In this document: piece after piece, positions 18,442 through 27,913 of the stretch | Layout of the letters: each line of letters opens with the position of its first letter | Position numbering within the stretch: the first letter of the stretch is position 1 | Assembly: GCA_964627015.1 (NCBI GenBank) | Contig: CAZVGY010000002.1 | Location: 36,554-100,553, forward strand | Direction of reading: 5' to 3' | DNA from: an uncultured Desulfobacteraceae bacterium | Lineage (GTDB): Bacteria > Desulfobacterota > DSM-4660 > Desulfatiglandales > Desulfatiglandaceae | DNA length: 64,000 nt | Notes under the pieces: model-generated | What the model saw: only the letters and a program-made list of their open reading frames with translations | Databases searched by the model: none | What the model was told of the DNA's origin: nothing | Translations under genes and position numbers: made by a program

Positions 18442-19866
18442 TTATGCTATGATCTTGATTACAACAAGACCGGTTCCGGGCCTTTTTATCAGAAAATTTA
18501 TTGCTTCTCCAGTTTTAACCTTACTTATCACTTTCCTGTATTCCTCCGGCGAACTGATTGGTTTCCGATTGATTTCCTTTATAAGATCGCCCCGGAGTAT
18601 CCCCGCCTGCTCTCCCCTGCTGCCAGGCATCACATCCGTTACGATAGCTCCTTTTTCCGATTCCGGGTGGGCGAACCTGCGGGCGGTTTCAGTTGTGGCC
18701 TCCAGCAAAGCGAGCCCAAGCATATTTTTGTCAGGTCTCAAGGCCGTTGCTTCTGAAAACTCAGTTTCAGATCTTTTTGCGAGTTCAACCTGAACGGTTT
18801 TTTGTTTGCCCTGTCTCAGGAGTTTGATTTTCACCCTGGTACCAACTGGTGTGTTTGCCACAATACTTGACAGTTCACGGCTCGAAGAAACAGGCTTGCC
18901 GTTTATCTCGATTATTATGTCTTCAACCTTGATACCGGCTCTGTCCGCCGGGTCTCCGTCATACACCTGGGAAACCAGGACTCCATCTTTGCCTTTGACA
19001 TTATAGTATTCGGCCAATTCGGATGTAAGGTCCTGAATTCCTATGCCCAACCATCCCCGTGTAACACTTCCTCCGTTTTTCAGCTGGTGGATGATTCCTT
19101 TTGCGAGATTTACAGGAATGGCAAATCCTATTCCCTGACCGTTAGGGATAATGGCGGTATTTATACCAACAACTTCACCTGTCATGTTGACAAGAGGGCC
19201 TCCACTGTTCCCGGGGTTAATGGATGCATCTGTCTGAATAAAGTCATCATACGGTCCTGCCCCTATAGTACGTCCCTTTGCACTTACAATACCGGCCGTA
19301 ACTGTCTGCTCCAACCCGAAAGGACTTCCTACAGCGACTACCCATCTGCCCACCTCAAGCAGATCGGAGTCGCCCATTTCCAGTGGATAAAGGTTTTCTG
19401 ACGCCTCGATTTTTATAAGAGCGAGATCAGTCTTCGGGTCACGGCCTACCAACTCTGCATCAAACTCTTTTTCATCGGCTAACCTCACTTTGATCTGATC
19501 CGCATTCTCAATGACATGATTGTTTGTTACTATGTAACCCTCCCTGTCAATAATGAATCCTGAGCCAAGGCTTTTCTGTTTAAACTCATGGGGCGGTCCG
19601 CCGAAAGGTGGAATATTACCAAAGGGGTTGTTCGGGCCGAAAGGGTTCCCGAAAAAATGGCGGAACACAGGCCCGCCCCCGGATATTGTTTTTACAGTTC
19701 GAATATTGACTACTCCAGGGCCAACCTTTTGTGCAATTGCCGTAAAATTACCGGGCATAATTTGCTCTGTGGGCGGGGGAGGTGTGGCAGGGGATTTTAT
19801 GCCGGATCCCACAATTAATCCTGCAGATACCAAAGTCATTGCTAAACCTATAATTATTCGTTTCAT
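18442..19866 (-). CDS. htrA: Periplasmic serine endoprotease, HtrA/DegP/DegQ family (protease + 2 PDZ)
   Basis: TNNHV, DLALIK and GNSGGPL catalytic triad contexts, plus two PDZ regions. ATG 19866 (GGAGGAA upstream) gives the signal peptide MKRIIIGLAMTLVSAG. The track start at 19947 is over-extended. Confidence 0.92.
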   Translation of the reverse strand: MKRIIIGLAMTLVSAGLIVGSGIKSPATPPPPTEQIMPGNFTAIAQKVGPGVVNIRTVKTISGGGPVFRHFFGNPFGPNNPFGNIPPFGGPPHEFKQKSLGSGFIIDREGYIVTNNHVIENADQIKVRLADEKEFDAELVGRDPKTDLALIKIEASENLYPLEMGDSDLLEVGRWVVAVGSPFGLEQTVTAGIVSAKGRTIGAGPYDDFIQTDASINPGNSGGPLVNMTGEVVGINTAIIPNGQGIGFAIPVNLAKGIIHQLKNGGSVTRGWLGIGIQDLTSELAEYYNVKGKDGVLVSQVYDGDPADRAGIKVEDIIIEINGKPVSSSRELSSIVANTPVGTRVKIKLLRQGKQKTVQVELAKRSETEFSEATALRPDKNMLGLALLEATTETARRFAHPESEKGAIVTDVMPGSRGEQAGILRGDLIKEINRKPISSPEEYRKVISKVKTGEAINFLIKRPGTGLVVIKIIA

Positions 19867-20224
19867 GAATTGTTCCTCCGTAACTGAAATTAAAATATTC
19901 GATTTCACAGCTTTGGCAATTATAAGACAGCAACTTGACCGGAACATGACGGCAGCATTACCAAATGGTAATGTTAGAAATGAGGGGACCAGGGGTTCAG
20001 GGGGTCATGGGAAGGAAGTGTATTGATAGGGCATGTTCTTGGTTCCAATTCTCATGGACTGGTTTTTTCATTTAACTACAAGAAGGGCAAAATTCGAAAT
20101 TCTAATATCGAAATTATAAACAAATTTAAATATCTAATGTTCAAAATATAAAAACAGAGGATAACTACAGTATGAGTAGCTATTGTTTTGATCACTTGAA
20201 TTTTATTTATTGAGTATTGTTTAG

Positions 20225-20329
20225 GATTTCAATTTTCTAAACAGGCCTTTCGGCTTTAAAAAGAGAGTTCTGAGCAGTCGCCAAGGGTTGTTTGCAGGGT
20301 TGGCTTCGAGCTTACGATTCCCTCTTCAG
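20225..20329 (+). repeat. X repeat, copy A (about 100 nt)
   Basis: ...caattttctaaacaggcctttcggctttaaaaagagagttctgagcagtcgccaagggttgtttgcagggttggcttcgagcttacgattccctcttcag. Related copies lie at 25148..25255 and 53111..53216, with a partial copy at 37705..37737. Confidence 0.8.
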
Positions 20330-20354
20330 ACCGCCTCTACTCCAGCAGAGGAGG

Positions 20355-20769
20355 CGGTCCTGGCTTCAAGGGTGCCGGTGCAGGCCGGTGGTATCTCCCA
20401 TTATGCCCATAAAAGGCACCCTTAGCTGCGGACCGCGGCCAAAGTTTTGAGTAGAATATTGAAAGATGCGGACATAGAGGGAACCGCAAACTCTCCGCTG
20501 ACGGCAATGGGGTATACTGAAGGAGCCTTGCCAGCAGTCACCTTTGAAAATACCTTATCCCTTCCGGGTATGGCGGGAAGCTCATATTGTGAGAGTCAAG
20601 GGGCCGATTTTATACAGACTGTCCAGGGCTCTCTGTTACAAGCCGACCAGGTACAGTGGTAAACAGGGTGGCATACTAAGAGGGTGAGGCGAGCGGCGGG
20701 ATAGCAGGGAGTGAGCCTTATTAAAGAAGCGACGGATTCAGCAAAAACGCCCTCCGCTCGTCTTTATGG
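20355..20769 (+). repeat. Y element copy A: about 415-nt non-coding repeat, candidate structured RNA
   Basis: Collinear with 24731..25147 at roughly 90 percent identity by eye. A 2-nt indel and non-periodic substitutions rule out conserved coding. It sits in the 1.1-kb htrA/hisS divergent intergenic region. Confidence 0.75.
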
Positions 20770-21130
20770 TGTTTGGTTTTAATTTTCCACATGGGGCTTT
20801 CCACTTTGAAAGATAGTTATAAACAGGTCCCATATTCAACAGACAGAGTTTGAGCATTCAATGTGACCGGTTGCATATTTTAAAGAGCTTATGCAGTATC
20901 AGGGAGCTTGTAGTATAGTATGCTTCAGGATTATAAGCTGCTGTAAAGAGATTAAAATGGAAGGAGCTTTGAATTTTTTGGAATAGACATTTACAGTTCG
21001 GCGTATTAAGTTGTACCGCTATCAACTGAAGCCCTGAATTTGACATGATTAATAATCATCTCAGAGCCGTTGACGTATGCTCGGGGCTTTTGATAAAAGA
21101 CCTTCTAGTAAAGAAGGGGGAGGCAGTAAT

Positions 21131-22390
21131 TTGGAATTTTCTACTGTAAAAGGTTTTAAAGATATATTACCTTCAGAAGCGGGTAAGTGGCAGAAGCTTG
21201 AAGCCTCAGCCCGTAAGGTGTTTCATTCCTTCGGATACCATGAGATCAGGACTCCCCTGTTAGAGAGAACCGAGCTTTTCAGTCGCGGAATTGGACAGGA
21301 CACTGATATTGTTTCAAAGGAGATGTATTCCCTCGAGGACAGCAAAGGCAGGGGGATGACAATGAGGCCTGAAGCTACTGCATCAGTGGTGAGGGCCTAT
21401 ATCCAACACCGACTTTATCAGGCAAGCCCTGTACAGAAGCTTTTCAGTATCGGCCCGATGTTTCGGCACGAGAGGCCTCAAAAAGGGAGATTCAGGCAGT
21501 TTCACCAGGTGAATGCAGAGATTTTAGGTGATCCAGGGCCCAGAAGTGATGCCGAAATTATTATAATGGCCGTGTTCCTGTTGGAGACGATAGGTGTCAA
21601 AAGTCTAAGCCTTAAACTTAACTCACTCGGATGTCCTACATGCAGACCCCGTTATAAAGAAGAACTCAGGGATTACCTTTTGGGAAAAGTTGCTTTATTT
21701 TGTTCGGATTGCAGGAGGAGATCAGAGGTTAATCCCTTGAGGGTATTTGATTGCAAGATGGAAGAGTGCAACAGAGTTGTGGAAGGCGCCCCGTCGACAC
21801 TGGAGTTTCTCTGTGATGAATGTCGCGATCACTTTGAATCCGTTCAGGGTTATCTGAAAAGATCGGATGTATCTTTTGTCCTGGATCACAGGCTTGTTAG
21901 AGGGCTTGATTATTATACCCGCACTGCTTTTGAGATACAGACGGAACTGCTGGGCTCTCAGAATGCTGTTGCAGGTGGGGGCAGATACGACGGCCTGATA
22001 AAACTTCTTGGAGGGCCGGACCATCCAGCAATTGGATTTGCTTTGGGAATTGAAAGGGTGATTTCCCTGGTGCAAGGGCAAGATGAGGAGGATTTTGAAA
22101 TCAGAGGGCCTGACCTTTTTATTGCTGCACTGGGGGACAATGCGGTTAAGGGCTGCTTTAAATGGGTCATAGAACTGAGGAAAGCTGGTTTCTGGGTTGA
22201 AATGGACTACGCCTCAAGAGGTCTGAAGGCCCAGATGAAAAAGGCTGACAGGCTCCGGGCAAGGAAGGTCCTGATTGTAGGCGACGATGAATTGGCCTCT
22301 GGAAGAGGTATCTTACGTGACCTGGTAACAGGAGACCAGGGTGAACTGGGCCTTGATGCCATCGCAACAATTATTGAGAAGGTATTATAG
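21131..22390 (+). CDS. hisS: Histidine--tRNA ligase
   Basis: Class II motifs (RPEATASVVRAY, FRHERPQKGRFRQFHQ, GGGRYDGL). Typical HisS proteins start near KGFKDILP, so I prefer TTG 21131 (GGGGGAGG 7 nt upstream). The track ATG 21077 remains possible. Confidence 0.93.
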   Translation: MEFSTVKGFKDILPSEAGKWQKLEASARKVFHSFGYHEIRTPLLERTELFSRGIGQDTDIVSKEMYSLEDSKGRGMTMRPEATASVVRAYIQHRLYQASPVQKLFSIGPMFRHERPQKGRFRQFHQVNAEILGDPGPRSDAEIIIMAVFLLETIGVKSLSLKLNSLGCPTCRPRYKEELRDYLLGKVALFCSDCRRRSEVNPLRVFDCKMEECNRVVEGAPSTLEFLCDECRDHFESVQGYLKRSDVSFVLDHRLVRGLDYYTRTAFEIQTELLGSQNAVAGGGRYDGLIKLLGGPDHPAIGFALGIERVISLVQGQDEEDFEIRGPDLFIAALGDNAVKGCFKWVIELRKAGFWVEMDYASRGLKAQMKKADRLRARKVLIVGDDELASGRGILRDLVTGDQGELGLDAIATIIEKVL

Positions 22391-22394
22391 ACTA

Positions 22395-24194
22395 ATGAAG
22401 AATAATGAAGAGTTTAGGATTGATCCTTTGGGTGAATGGAAGCGAACCTGTGATTGCGGCAGTCTGAGGGTGGAAAATGTAGGCGAGGAAGTTGTTTTGA
22501 TGGGCTGGGTGAATTCGAGGCGGGATCTGGGAAGCCTTATTTTTATTGACCTTCGTGACCGAGGTGGACTCACACAGGTAGTTTTTGATCCCCAGGTAGA
22601 CCGGTCGTGTCATGATAGGGCTCATATACTCAGGAATGAGTGGGTCTTGGCGGTCAAAGGAACGGTTTTCCCTCGTCTTGAAGGACAGGAAAATCCTGAT
22701 TTGCCTACTGGAGATATAGAGATACATGTAAGGGAGATAAAGATTCTTAACAGGACTGAGACCCCTCCCTTTCAGATCGACGGTCCTGTGGATGCCTCTG
22801 AGATACTTAGGCTCAAATACCGTTACCTTGAGCTGCGGAGGGCTCAGGTACAAAACCTTTTCCGTAAACGCCATGAGATTTCATCCTGTATAAGGGAGTA
22901 CCTGAACAGAGAGTCATTCATTGAGGTGGAGACGCCCTTTTTGACAAAGAGCACCCCTGAAGGTGCGAGAGATTATCTTGTTCCCAGCAGGGTAAACAGG
23001 GGTATGTTTTATGCTTTGCCTCAATCCCCCCAGCTTTTTAAGCAGTTGCTTATGGTAGCTGGATTTGACCGTTATTATCAGATTGTTAAGTGCTTCAGGG
23101 ATGAAGACCTGAGAGCGGATCGTCAGCCCGAATTCACCCAGGTGGATCTTGAGATGTCCTTCATTGATGAAGAGGGGGTTATGGGGGTTTTTGAAGGCAT
23201 GATGAAGGAGATCTTTGACCGAGTCTTGAGTCGTTCTATTGAAACTCCTATCCCGCGATTGGAATACAGCCAGGCTATGGATCGTTTTGGGACCGATAGA
23301 CCAGACACGCGATTCGGTATGGAGTTGAGAGACATAACCGACATCGCTGGCAGATCGGATTTCAGGGTGTTCAGGGGAGTAATCCAAAATGGTGGTGTAG
23401 TCAAGGCGATTATGGTCAGAAGAGGGGCGGATTATTTTTCCAGGAAAGGCATAGATGAACTTTCACAAGTGGCTAATGAAAATGGTGCCAAAGGACTTGT
23501 CTGGATAAAGGTTGTCGATAACGGGTGGCAATCCTCTATTGATAAATTTTTCAAAGAGCAGGACAAGGCTGCTATCAACAAGAGGCTGGAAGCTGAACCA
23601 GGTGACTTGGTGTTAATTGTGGCTGATAATACAGAAATTACCAATGAAGCTCTGGGGCGCCTCAGAATCGACTTGGCTGGACGCCTGGGGCTGATCGATA
23701 AGGATGAATTCGCCCTCGTATGGGTCATAAAGTTTCCACTCTTTGAATATAATGAAACTGAAAAAAGGCTGGAAGCGGTGCATCATCCTTTTACTGCACC
23801 GGTTCAAGATGACCTCCACCTTTTTGGCGACAATCCGGGAAGGGTAAGGGCTAGGGCCTATGATTTGGTTCTGAATGGTGCTGAAATAGGGGGAGGAAGT
23901 GTGAGGATACACAACCTTGCCCTTCAGGAGAGGATGTTCGACATTCTGGGGATAGCACCTTCTGAGGCCCAACGTAAGTTTGGGTTTCTCCTCGAGGCCT
24001 TGAAATACGGGGCTCCTCCCCATGCCGGGATGGCAATCGGTTTAGACCGTCTGGTTGCTATTATGACAGGTGTGGGATCAATAAGGGAGGTCATTGCATT
24101 CCCAAAGACAACCAGCGCAACCTGCCCGCTTACCGACGCACCCTCCACGATTGATGAAGAACAACTAAAAGAACTCGGCCTTAAAAATTTATGA
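22395..24194 (+). CDS. aspS: Aspartate--tRNA ligase
   Basis: OB-fold N-terminus (VVLMGWVNSRRDLGSLIFIDLRDRGG), motif 2 FRDEDLRADRQPEFTQVD, motif 3 GLDRLVAIM. ATG 22395 lies just after the hisS stop. The track start at 22341 overlaps hisS. Confidence 0.95.
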   Translation: MKNNEEFRIDPLGEWKRTCDCGSLRVENVGEEVVLMGWVNSRRDLGSLIFIDLRDRGGLTQVVFDPQVDRSCHDRAHILRNEWVLAVKGTVFPRLEGQENPDLPTGDIEIHVREIKILNRTETPPFQIDGPVDASEILRLKYRYLELRRAQVQNLFRKRHEISSCIREYLNRESFIEVETPFLTKSTPEGARDYLVPSRVNRGMFYALPQSPQLFKQLLMVAGFDRYYQIVKCFRDEDLRADRQPEFTQVDLEMSFIDEEGVMGVFEGMMKEIFDRVLSRSIETPIPRLEYSQAMDRFGTDRPDTRFGMELRDITDIAGRSDFRVFRGVIQNGGVVKAIMVRRGADYFSRKGIDELSQVANENGAKGLVWIKVVDNGWQSSIDKFFKEQDKAAINKRLEAEPGDLVLIVADNTEITNEALGRLRIDLAGRLGLIDKDEFALVWVIKFPLFEYNETEKRLEAVHHPFTAPVQDDLHLFGDNPGRVRARAYDLVLNGAEIGGGSVRIHNLALQERMFDILGIAPSEAQRKFGFLLEALKYGAPPHAGMAIGLDRLVAIMTGVGSIREVIAFPKTTSATCPLTDAPSTIDEEQLKELGLKNL

Positions 24195-24334
24195 CCTGGT
24201 AAATAGGATCCGTATCCAGATCCGGTAATTTTTTAAGGACAGTTTGTTTAATTTTCTTGACATGAAAACGCCAATCAGGCATATACCAATGTTCTCAAAT
24301 TTTGCAATTTTATAGATGAAAGGATGTGATTAAA

Positions 24335-24619
24335 ATGGTTTGTTCAACTGTTAAGGAAGGGTATGATTGTGCTTTTATGAGCAAGCAGGGCTGTCAGTTT
24401 AATGGTGGTACCTGTCACGTGATTGTAGAACAGTGCGAAGGATGCAGCAAGGCGCAGGAATTCCCCTCAGGCAAGTATTGCCTCATTTTCCCCGATCCCT
24501 CTGCCAAATGGAGATTAGGCAACTGCAGTATGGCCACACATTTGAAGGCATTGGAAGGAAAAGAAAAAACAAACGGGAAATTGAACCCCCTGAAGGCCTC
24601 CAAGCGAGGCGGTCGTTAA
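24335..24619 (+). CDS. PxxKW-family cysteine-rich small protein
   Basis: 94 aa with eight Cys (C..C......C......C....C..C) and the motif DPSAKW (P-x-x-K-W). Family name is from memory of NCBI naming. Confidence 0.6.
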   Translation: MVCSTVKEGYDCAFMSKQGCQFNGGTCHVIVEQCEGCSKAQEFPSGKYCLIFPDPSAKWRLGNCSMATHLKALEGKEKTNGKLNPLKASKRGGR

Positions 24620-24730
24620 TTATACCTATTGGTTCCCTTTTAGGTCCCGCTTTAGTTTTACATTTTTTGAGGAGACGATAGACTTCGGCCTTGTGGTGTC
24701 CTTCAAAGGAAGCCTACTCTAGTAAAGAGA

Positions 24731-25147
24731 CGGTCCTGGCTTCAAGTGTGCCCGCGCAGTCCTGTGGTATCTCCCATTATGCCCATAAAAGGCACACTTA
24801 GCTGCGGACTGCGGCCAACGTTTTGCCTGGAATATTGAAAGATGCGGACTTTCAGAGGGAACCGCAAGCTCTGCGCTGATGGCACCGGGGTATGCTGAAG
24901 GAGCCTTGCCACCAGTCACCTTTGAAGACACCTTATCCCTTCCGGGTATGGCGGGAAGCTCATATTGTGAGAGTCAAGGCGCCGATTTTATATAGACTTT
25001 TCGGGGCTCTCTGTTACAAGCCGACCAGGTACGGTGGTAAATAGGCCTGCATGCTAAAAATGTGAGGCGAGCGGCGGGATAGCAGGGAGTGAGCCTTAGT
25101 AAAGAAGCGACGGATTTAGCAAAAACGCCCTCCGCTCGCCTTTATGG
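24731..25147 (+). repeat. Y element copy B
   Basis: Same order and orientation as copy A, and ends in the same long stem (gaggcgagcggcggg ... ccctccgctcgcc). Confidence 0.75.
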
Positions 25148-25255
25148 CACCGGGTTTAATTTTGCAAATAGGACTTTCGGCTTTAAAAAGAGAGCCCTGA
25201 GCAGTCGTTAAGGTCTGTTTTGAGTATTAGCTTCGAGCCTGCAGTCCCCTCAAAG
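25148..25255 (+). repeat. X repeat, copy B (directly 3' of Y copy B)
   Basis: caccgggtttaattttgcaaataggactttcggctttaaaaagagagccctgagcagtcgttaaggtctgttttgagtattagcttcgagcctgcagtcccctcaaagg. Confidence 0.8.
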
Positions 25256-25316
25256 GGGAAATTTCAGTACAGCAAGAGATAGACGCTAGATACAGCGTGC
25301 CGAATAGAGAACGATC

Positions 25317-25970
25317 TTAACTCCATTCTGCTGCAAAGTGCTCTGGCCCGACGATATTGAATTTTCTTTCCTTAAGTGCCTCAACAATAGGAGCCAAATC
25401 GTCAGTTTCTACCCTGAAAACTAATATACAGCTATTTTTATGATAGAAGCTGGCAGCAGATACGAAATTTATACCCATTTCGCTGATTACATTTGACACC
25501 TCGGCCATTACGCCTGGCCGGTCAGTGAATTCTATGGCGAATCTTTTTCCTCCCCTGCGCAGTCCCATCTCTTCCACGAGCACCTCAAGCATTATGGTAC
25601 GGTCTATATATCCGACCAATCTGCCATCGGCATCCACTACGGCTAGGCCCTGCTGCTGCTCATTAGACATAATTTCAGCTGCGGTCTCTATCTCGGTTTC
25701 AGGCCTAACTGTAACGATATCCTTTTGAACGAGGTCTTTCAATTTGATTTTCTCAATTATAGAAGGGATTTCATGCTTACTGAGCATTGTAGCAGAAGAG
25801 GGTAAGGCAGCACGAATATCTTCTTTTTTCACGTAACCTACAAGCTTCTTGCCTTCAACTACGGGGAGCATATAGAGCATTTTCTTTTCCATAAGCTCGT
25901 GAGCGTCGCTAAGGGAAGTGTTTGGAGTTACGGTAGTTACCTCGGTCATCATTTTCAGCCCCACATACAT
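25317..25970 (-). CDS. CBS-pair + ACT domain protein (AcuB-like)
   Basis: Two CBS repeats followed by a C-terminal ACT-like fold (FAIEFTDRPGVMAEVSNVISEMGINFVS...VFRVE). Confidence 0.8.
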   Translation of the reverse strand: MYVGLKMMTEVTTVTPNTSLSDAHELMEKKMLYMLPVVEGKKLVGYVKKEDIRAALPSSATMLSKHEIPSIIEKIKLKDLVQKDIVTVRPETEIETAAEIMSNEQQQGLAVVDADGRLVGYIDRTIMLEVLVEEMGLRRGGKRFAIEFTDRPGVMAEVSNVISEMGINFVSAASFYHKNSCILVFRVETDDLAPIVEALKERKFNIVGPEHFAAEWS

Positions 25971-26446
25971 TACTTGATCCTCCTAAACTATCTTTTCACA
26001 AGGTGTTGAATTCGGATGGTCCTTTAAAGTCCACGACTAAAGCGTGATCTGATAGGCCTCATAATACCAAAAACACATCGGTCGACTGTTGCTTTATATC
26101 CAGAGCTTAAATTATGGATAATTTCCCTCACTTTGTGCCCAGTCTGACGGAAGAGATCAGGGGATATATTGAGAAGCAGAAAGTGAGATAGTTTTAAGAC
26201 TGCGTAAAAAAAATAAATATGACTGATGAAAAATAATAGAAAGGCAATGTCCTTATGTCAAGCGAAGATATTTTTATGTGTCTTAATATATAAGTATGAT
26301 CTATAAATGCTCTTTAAAAAAGAGATAAAAAAAATTGGGGCCATTGATTTAAAGCAGTATAATAGGAAAAAAATTTTACCGAATACTGGTCGTTTCAAAA
26401 GAGTGCTGCAGTCTTGGATAAATTAGAATCCTATTTGGCTTTTAAC

Positions 26447-27913
26447 TCAGGTGTGGCTGGATAAGATCTCCGTTTTTACTGTCTTTGATGATCTAGATTC
26501 GGAATATGGCTTTGCCGGAAGTGTTACTGAAAAAATAGTGCCTTCGCCCGGTTTACTCTCTACATGGATCTGCCCCCTGTGAGCCCGGACGATAGCCAGT
26601 GCGAGGCTCAGCCCCAGTCCGGCCCCTGACTTTGATCGGCTTGGGTCGCACCTGTAAAACCTTTCAAATATATGTGGCAGATCTTCTTCGGATATGCCAA
26701 CTCCTGAATCCTTTACAGTTATATTTATTTTTTCACTCTCTTCAGAGGATAGTAGTAAATAGACCTCGCCACCAGCTGGTGTATATTTAACTGTATTGTC
26801 AAGAAGATTGGCTATCATTCTCTGAATCATTCGAATGTCTCCACTAAGTACCAAGCTCTCCGGCAGATCACAGGTCAATTTAATACCATTGTCTTCAGCA
26901 ACCGGCTGAAACAAATCACAGGCATTTCTGGCCACTTTTGCTAAATCTAATTCCTCTAACCTTAGGTTATCTGCACCTGCCTCGGTTTCGGATATAACGA
27001 GCATGGTATTTATCATATCCAGCAGTCTATCGCACTCTTCTACTATATTTGAGGCCATGCTTTCGAAATCACGCACAGAGGTCCCAGTGGTCAATGTCAC
27101 CTCAGCTATACCCCGGATCCTGGTCACCGGACTCTTCAGATCATGGGCAATGTTATCGCTCATTTCCCTTATCCCAATTATAAGTGTCTGTATTCGGTCT
27201 AGCATTTGGTTGAAAGTTTTGGCCAGTAGGTCAATCTCATCTCCTCTGGCATTGACTGGGACACGTTCGTCAAGCGTGCCACCGGATATTCGACGGGCAA
27301 TTTTAGTGACCTCACCCAGGCCTGACAGCGCTTTTTTTGACATGAACCATCCTATAAAGGCTGCCAGGACTACAAGAAAGGACATGGTTGATACGAATAT
27401 ATTTTTGAATGCCTCAATGAATTGGGCGTAATCCTCCATGGATTGACCAAGCTGGATAATGACACCAGGACCTATCAAATCATACAGGATGCGTACCTCA
27501 TCTTTTCGTTCTCTGAACAAAATAGTGTCAAAAATTTTGCCGGAGCCATTCACCAGCCCCCTTACCGCGTTATTCTGTATATCTATATCTTTCCAGTAAG
27601 ACATATTTGAGGACGAAAACACCTCACCGTTTCGGGTGAGAAGCCGAAAAAATATCTTTTTCTCGCCGGCTGCCTGGGATTCGACTATCGCCACGCGTCG
27701 GACAGCGTCTATTCCATTGGTCACGAGAAGGGTGGAAAATTTCTCAGCCCGCTCCAGGAGGTCCCGGTCTATTTTGTCCCGGATAGCTGTGCTTATGAGG
27801 AAATAAAAGAGTAAAAAGGCCACAAAGGAGGAGACTGTGAAAATTCCTGCATACCAGAATGTCAGCCTGAATACAAGGGCGTGACGGAGCTTAGCTAGCT
27901 TCCTTAAGGACAT
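26447..27913 (-). CDS. Sensor histidine kinase (2 TM, HAMP, HisKA, HATPase_c)
   Basis: H-box SDNIAHDLKSPVT, N-box LLDNTVKYT, G-boxes DSGVGI and GAGLGLSLA. Overlaps the upstream response regulator gene. Confidence 0.92.
   Translation of the reverse strand: MSLRKLAKLRHALVFRLTFWYAGIFTVSSFVAFLLFYFLISTAIRDKIDRDLLERAEKFSTLLVTNGIDAVRRVAIVESQAAGEKKIFFRLLTRNGEVFSSSNMSYWKDIDIQNNAVRGLVNGSGKIFDTILFRERKDEVRILYDLIGPGVIIQLGQSMEDYAQFIEAFKNIFVSTMSFLVVLAAFIGWFMSKKALSGLGEVTKIARRISGGTLDERVPVNARGDEIDLLAKTFNQMLDRIQTLIIGIREMSDNIAHDLKSPVTRIRGIAEVTLTTGTSVRDFESMASNIVEECDRLLDMINTMLVISETEAGADNLRLEELDLAKVARNACDLFQPVAEDNGIKLTCDLPESLVLSGDIRMIQRMIANLLDNTVKYTPAGGEVYLLLSSEESEKINITVKDSGVGISEEDLPHIFERFYRCDPSRSKSGAGLGLSLALAIVRAHRGQIHVESKPGEGTIFSVTLPAKPYSESRSSKTVKTEILSSHT

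Noticed and set aside
20447-20662. 71-aa plus-strand ORF inside Y copy A, and 70-aa minus-strand ORF 24719..24931 inside Y copy B.
   Set aside because: Neither ORF is conserved in the other copy. A 2-nt indel and stop codons break them, and they lie on opposite strands. Substitutions between the copies show no codon periodicity.
20355-20769. Y element as a T-box leader (it precedes hisS-aspS and contains GGUGGUA-like ggtggta) or as a cobalamin riboswitch (AGGGAA..., GGGAAGC, ccactgt on the reverse strand).
   Set aside because: Only short partial matches are present. There is no full T-box 14-mer with an antiterminator/terminator pair and no B12-box GCCACUG context. Copy B is not upstream of any gene, because the next gene is convergent.
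21046-21058. Inverted repeat TGATTA-A-TAATCA overlapping a TTGACA hexamer upstream of hisS.
   Set aside because: It is short and AT-rich, so it is expected by chance in an AT-rich spacer. It has no properly spaced -10 element and no second copy that I noticed.
20355-25147. The two Y copies as a template/variable repeat pair of a diversity-generating retroelement.
   Set aside because: Mismatches between the copies involve all four bases in both directions and are not adenine-specific. No reverse transcriptase or target protein gene is present.
25141-25165. Sigma54-type promoter in the X repeat (TGGCACcgggtTTTAA; also 53108..53125, and ctggcacttgttttat at about 12424).
   Set aside because: The -24 TGGCAC element is good, but the -12 element reads TTTA/TTAT instead of the nearly invariant TTGC. 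This is not supportable as an RpoN promoter without data.
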